Source: Marsupella aquatica (Eukaryota; Plantae; Marchantiophyta). From it: a stretch of DNA of 64,000 bases. Position numbers and translations under genes: made by a program. Where the stretch lies: the NCBI GenBank assembly GCA_973895155.1, contig OZ316894.1:1628457-1692456 (forward strand), read 5' to 3'. The notes under the pieces were generated by a model. That model saw nothing but the letters and a program-made list of their open reading frames with translations, was not told where the DNA came from and searched no databases. Of this stretch, positions 62,294 through 64,000 are shown in pieces. Positions within the stretch are counted from its first letter, which is position 1, and each line of letters starts with the position of its first letter.

Positions 62294-64000
62294 ATGGCTC
62301 CAAGGTTGCCTCTTCACAACCCATTTAGGATTAGGCATCATGATTCTAAATTGTGGATGCGTGAACAAGCCCGGGCCGCCCAAGGTAGGAGTAGGAGGAT
62401 GAGATGCCCATGCACACAGTGCCAAGGATTCAAGTCGTTGAGTTTGAACACTGTGCACCTTCACCTGCTGCGGCATGAAAGGCACCCTCGGTGGAGGGTT
62501 TGGAATGTACCAGCAGAAGACGACTCCTCTGATGAAGAGTGGAGAGCTGACTTTGTGGATTCTAATACAGCTAGGCGTAGAGACTACGTAGAGCAAGACA
62601 TAGACTGTGCAGAGGATGGTCCTGGGGTCCAACATGAGAACGTGGATGACCAAGATGGAGATGCAGAGGCAGTCACTGAGGACGGTGGGATGGATGTCCC
62701 AAGAATGGTTCAAGAGATTTTTGAAGACCTTGATGCTTTTTACGACACAGTGGAATCAGAAGAGGACAATGAACCGCAGCCACACATTGGAGACGGCCAA
62801 GCTGAACCTGACTTTGACATTGGGGAAGGTGCAGCAGAGAGGGAGTGGGTGTTTGGGGGCCCAAAACACATCAAAGAAGCTTGCATTCCTATCTACGAGG
62901 GGTCGAACTGCTCCAAGCTGGGTTTTGTCGTGTTGTTGTTGAACATCTGTGGCAATCACAATGTTCCCAATATATTTGTGACAGAGTTGTTGACCTTCCT
63001 GCGCCAAAATGTGTTACCAGATGGTAATTCAATTCCAAAAAATATGTACGAGGCTAGGAAATTGATGTCTAACCTTGGGCTGAACTATGTGTCTATTGAC
63101 GCATGCCGAGACGCATGCCCTGATGGGTGTGTTCTCTTTCGCAAAGAGCATGCAGATAAATTGACATGCCCTCATTGTGGTAAGCACAGGTACAAGAATG
63201 TAGGGAAATGTACACACCCTACCAAGGTTCTTTGTCATTTTCCTCTCATTCCTAGACTACAACGTCTGTTTAGATGCCCTGCCATTTCCAAGCTGATGAC
63301 ATGGACTCCTGATAACAAGAGCAGTGATGGCCTGCAGCGTCACATTGGAGATTCCAACCATTGGAAATTTGTTGATGAGAGGTGGCCACAGTTTGCTGCA
63401 AAGAAGTGGAACTTTCAATTTGGTCTATCACTGGATGGAGTAAACCCATTTGGAGACAAAAACAACCATTATTCATGTTGGCCGGTTATGCTGCTAAATT
63501 ACAACCTTCCCCCATGGATGACTACAAAGAGGTTTTTTGTCATGATGGTGCTGTTAATCCCTGGACCAGCTTCTGTGACCGAGCAATTCATAGATATCAT
63601 GTTGGCTCCAGCAGTGGAAGAGTGGAAGACTTTGTGGATAGAAGGGGTGTTAACCCATGATGTTCTGAAGGGGCTTCTTCGACCCAGCCCCTTTAGACTG
63701 CATGCAATTTGTTTGCTGGATATAGCAGATTACCCAGGCCATGGCATCATATCTGGACGAGTGACAAAGGGCTATGTGGGGTGCACACCATGTGGGAAAA
63801 ATGTGACAAGTGAGTGGTCGCATGCCCTGCACAATATGAAATTTCAGGGGCATAGAAGGTATCTGCCTGTTGATCATCCTTACAGGCACACACGGTCTCA
63901 AATTGCACACTTCAACAACAAAACAGAGCTTCGTGGCCCACCACAGAGGGTCACCAGAGAGCAAGTCCTGAGGTGGGCAGCCAAGAAGGCTGATTGGGAC
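62294..64000 (+). CDS. CACTA/En-Spm transposase (TnpD/Tnp2), open to the window end
   Basis: My translation (not in the ORF track because it has no stop in the window): CPCTQC associated domain; IDAC..GCVLFR...CPHCG..RY; HFPLIPRLQRLF; FGLSLDGVNPF; SCWPV.LLNYNLPPW; LIPGP; DIADYPG; GHRRYLP.DHPYR. Confidence 0.92.
   Translation, partial: MAPRLPLHNPFRIRHHDSKLWMREQARAAQGRSRRMRCPCTQCQGFKSLSLNTVHLHLLRHERHPRWRVWNVPAEDDSSDEEWRADFVDSNTARRRDYVEQDIDCAEDGPGVQHENVDDQDGDAEAVTEDGGMDVPRMVQEIFEDLDAFYDTVESEEDNEPQPHIGDGQAEPDFDIGEGAAEREWVFGGPKHIKEACIPIYEGSNCSKLGFVVLLLNICGNHNVPNIFVTELLTFLRQNVLPDGNSIPKNMYEARKLMSNLGLNYVSIDACRDACPDGCVLFRKEHADKLTCPHCGKHRYKNVGKCTHPTKVLCHFPLIPRLQRLFRCPAISKLMTWTPDNKSSDGLQRHIGDSNHWKFVDERWPQFAAKKWNFQFGLSLDGVNPFGDKNNHYSCWPVMLLNYNLPPWMTTKRFFVMMVLLIPGPASVTEQFIDIMLAPAVEEWKTLWIEGVLTHDVLKGLLRPSPFRLHAICLLDIADYPGHGIISGRVTKGYVGCTPCGKNVTSEWSHALHNMKFQGHRRYLPVDHPYRHTRSQIAHFNNKTELRGPPQRVTREQVLRWAAKKADWD

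Larger units (their letters stand above)
53705..64000 (+). mobile_element. Putative CACTA element with several accessory ORFs; left end tentative
   Basis: A CACTA pentamer at 53705 follows a compositional break; the accessory ORFs are co-oriented upstream of the transposase. The right TIR and TSD lie outside the window, so the boundary is unverified. Confidence 0.4.

Overview
Eukaryotic, intron-containing plant DNA, probably from a bryophyte/liverwort (inferred from gene and transposon content, not proven). The window is bracketed by two tandem paralogues of a non-canonical NLR-like gene (N-terminal helical bundle, NB-ARC, ARM repeats, TPR; no LRR): a partial copy at <1-3228 and a complete copy at 38731-43189. 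A third 3'-flank relic lies at about 45443-46290. Around them are nested transposons and a broken Exo70A pseudogene. (i) A MuDR relic is split by a 3.5-kb non-autonomous element. (ii) A 10.3-kb Mutator-like element (17746-28030, 8-bp TSD) encodes a GCM/WRKY-like-DDE-SWIM transposase plus a divergently transcribed ParB-like/N4-N6 DNA-methyltransferase-like gene; about 18 copies of the palindrome TAGCGCCNGGCGCTA sit in its non-coding DNA and introns. (iii) An 8-kb MULE (28831-36800, TIRs, 9-bp TSD) carries DUF1917/Bles03, F-box-like and RPA70C-like cargo. (iv) A Crypton-like tyrosine recombinase relic. (v) A retrotransposon accessory-ORF relic. (vi) A CACTA transposase preceded by EDM2-like PHD, tandem BRCT and F-box-like ORFs. 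The best candidate for an undescribed system is element (ii). All domain calls come from motif recognition by eye; no database search was run.
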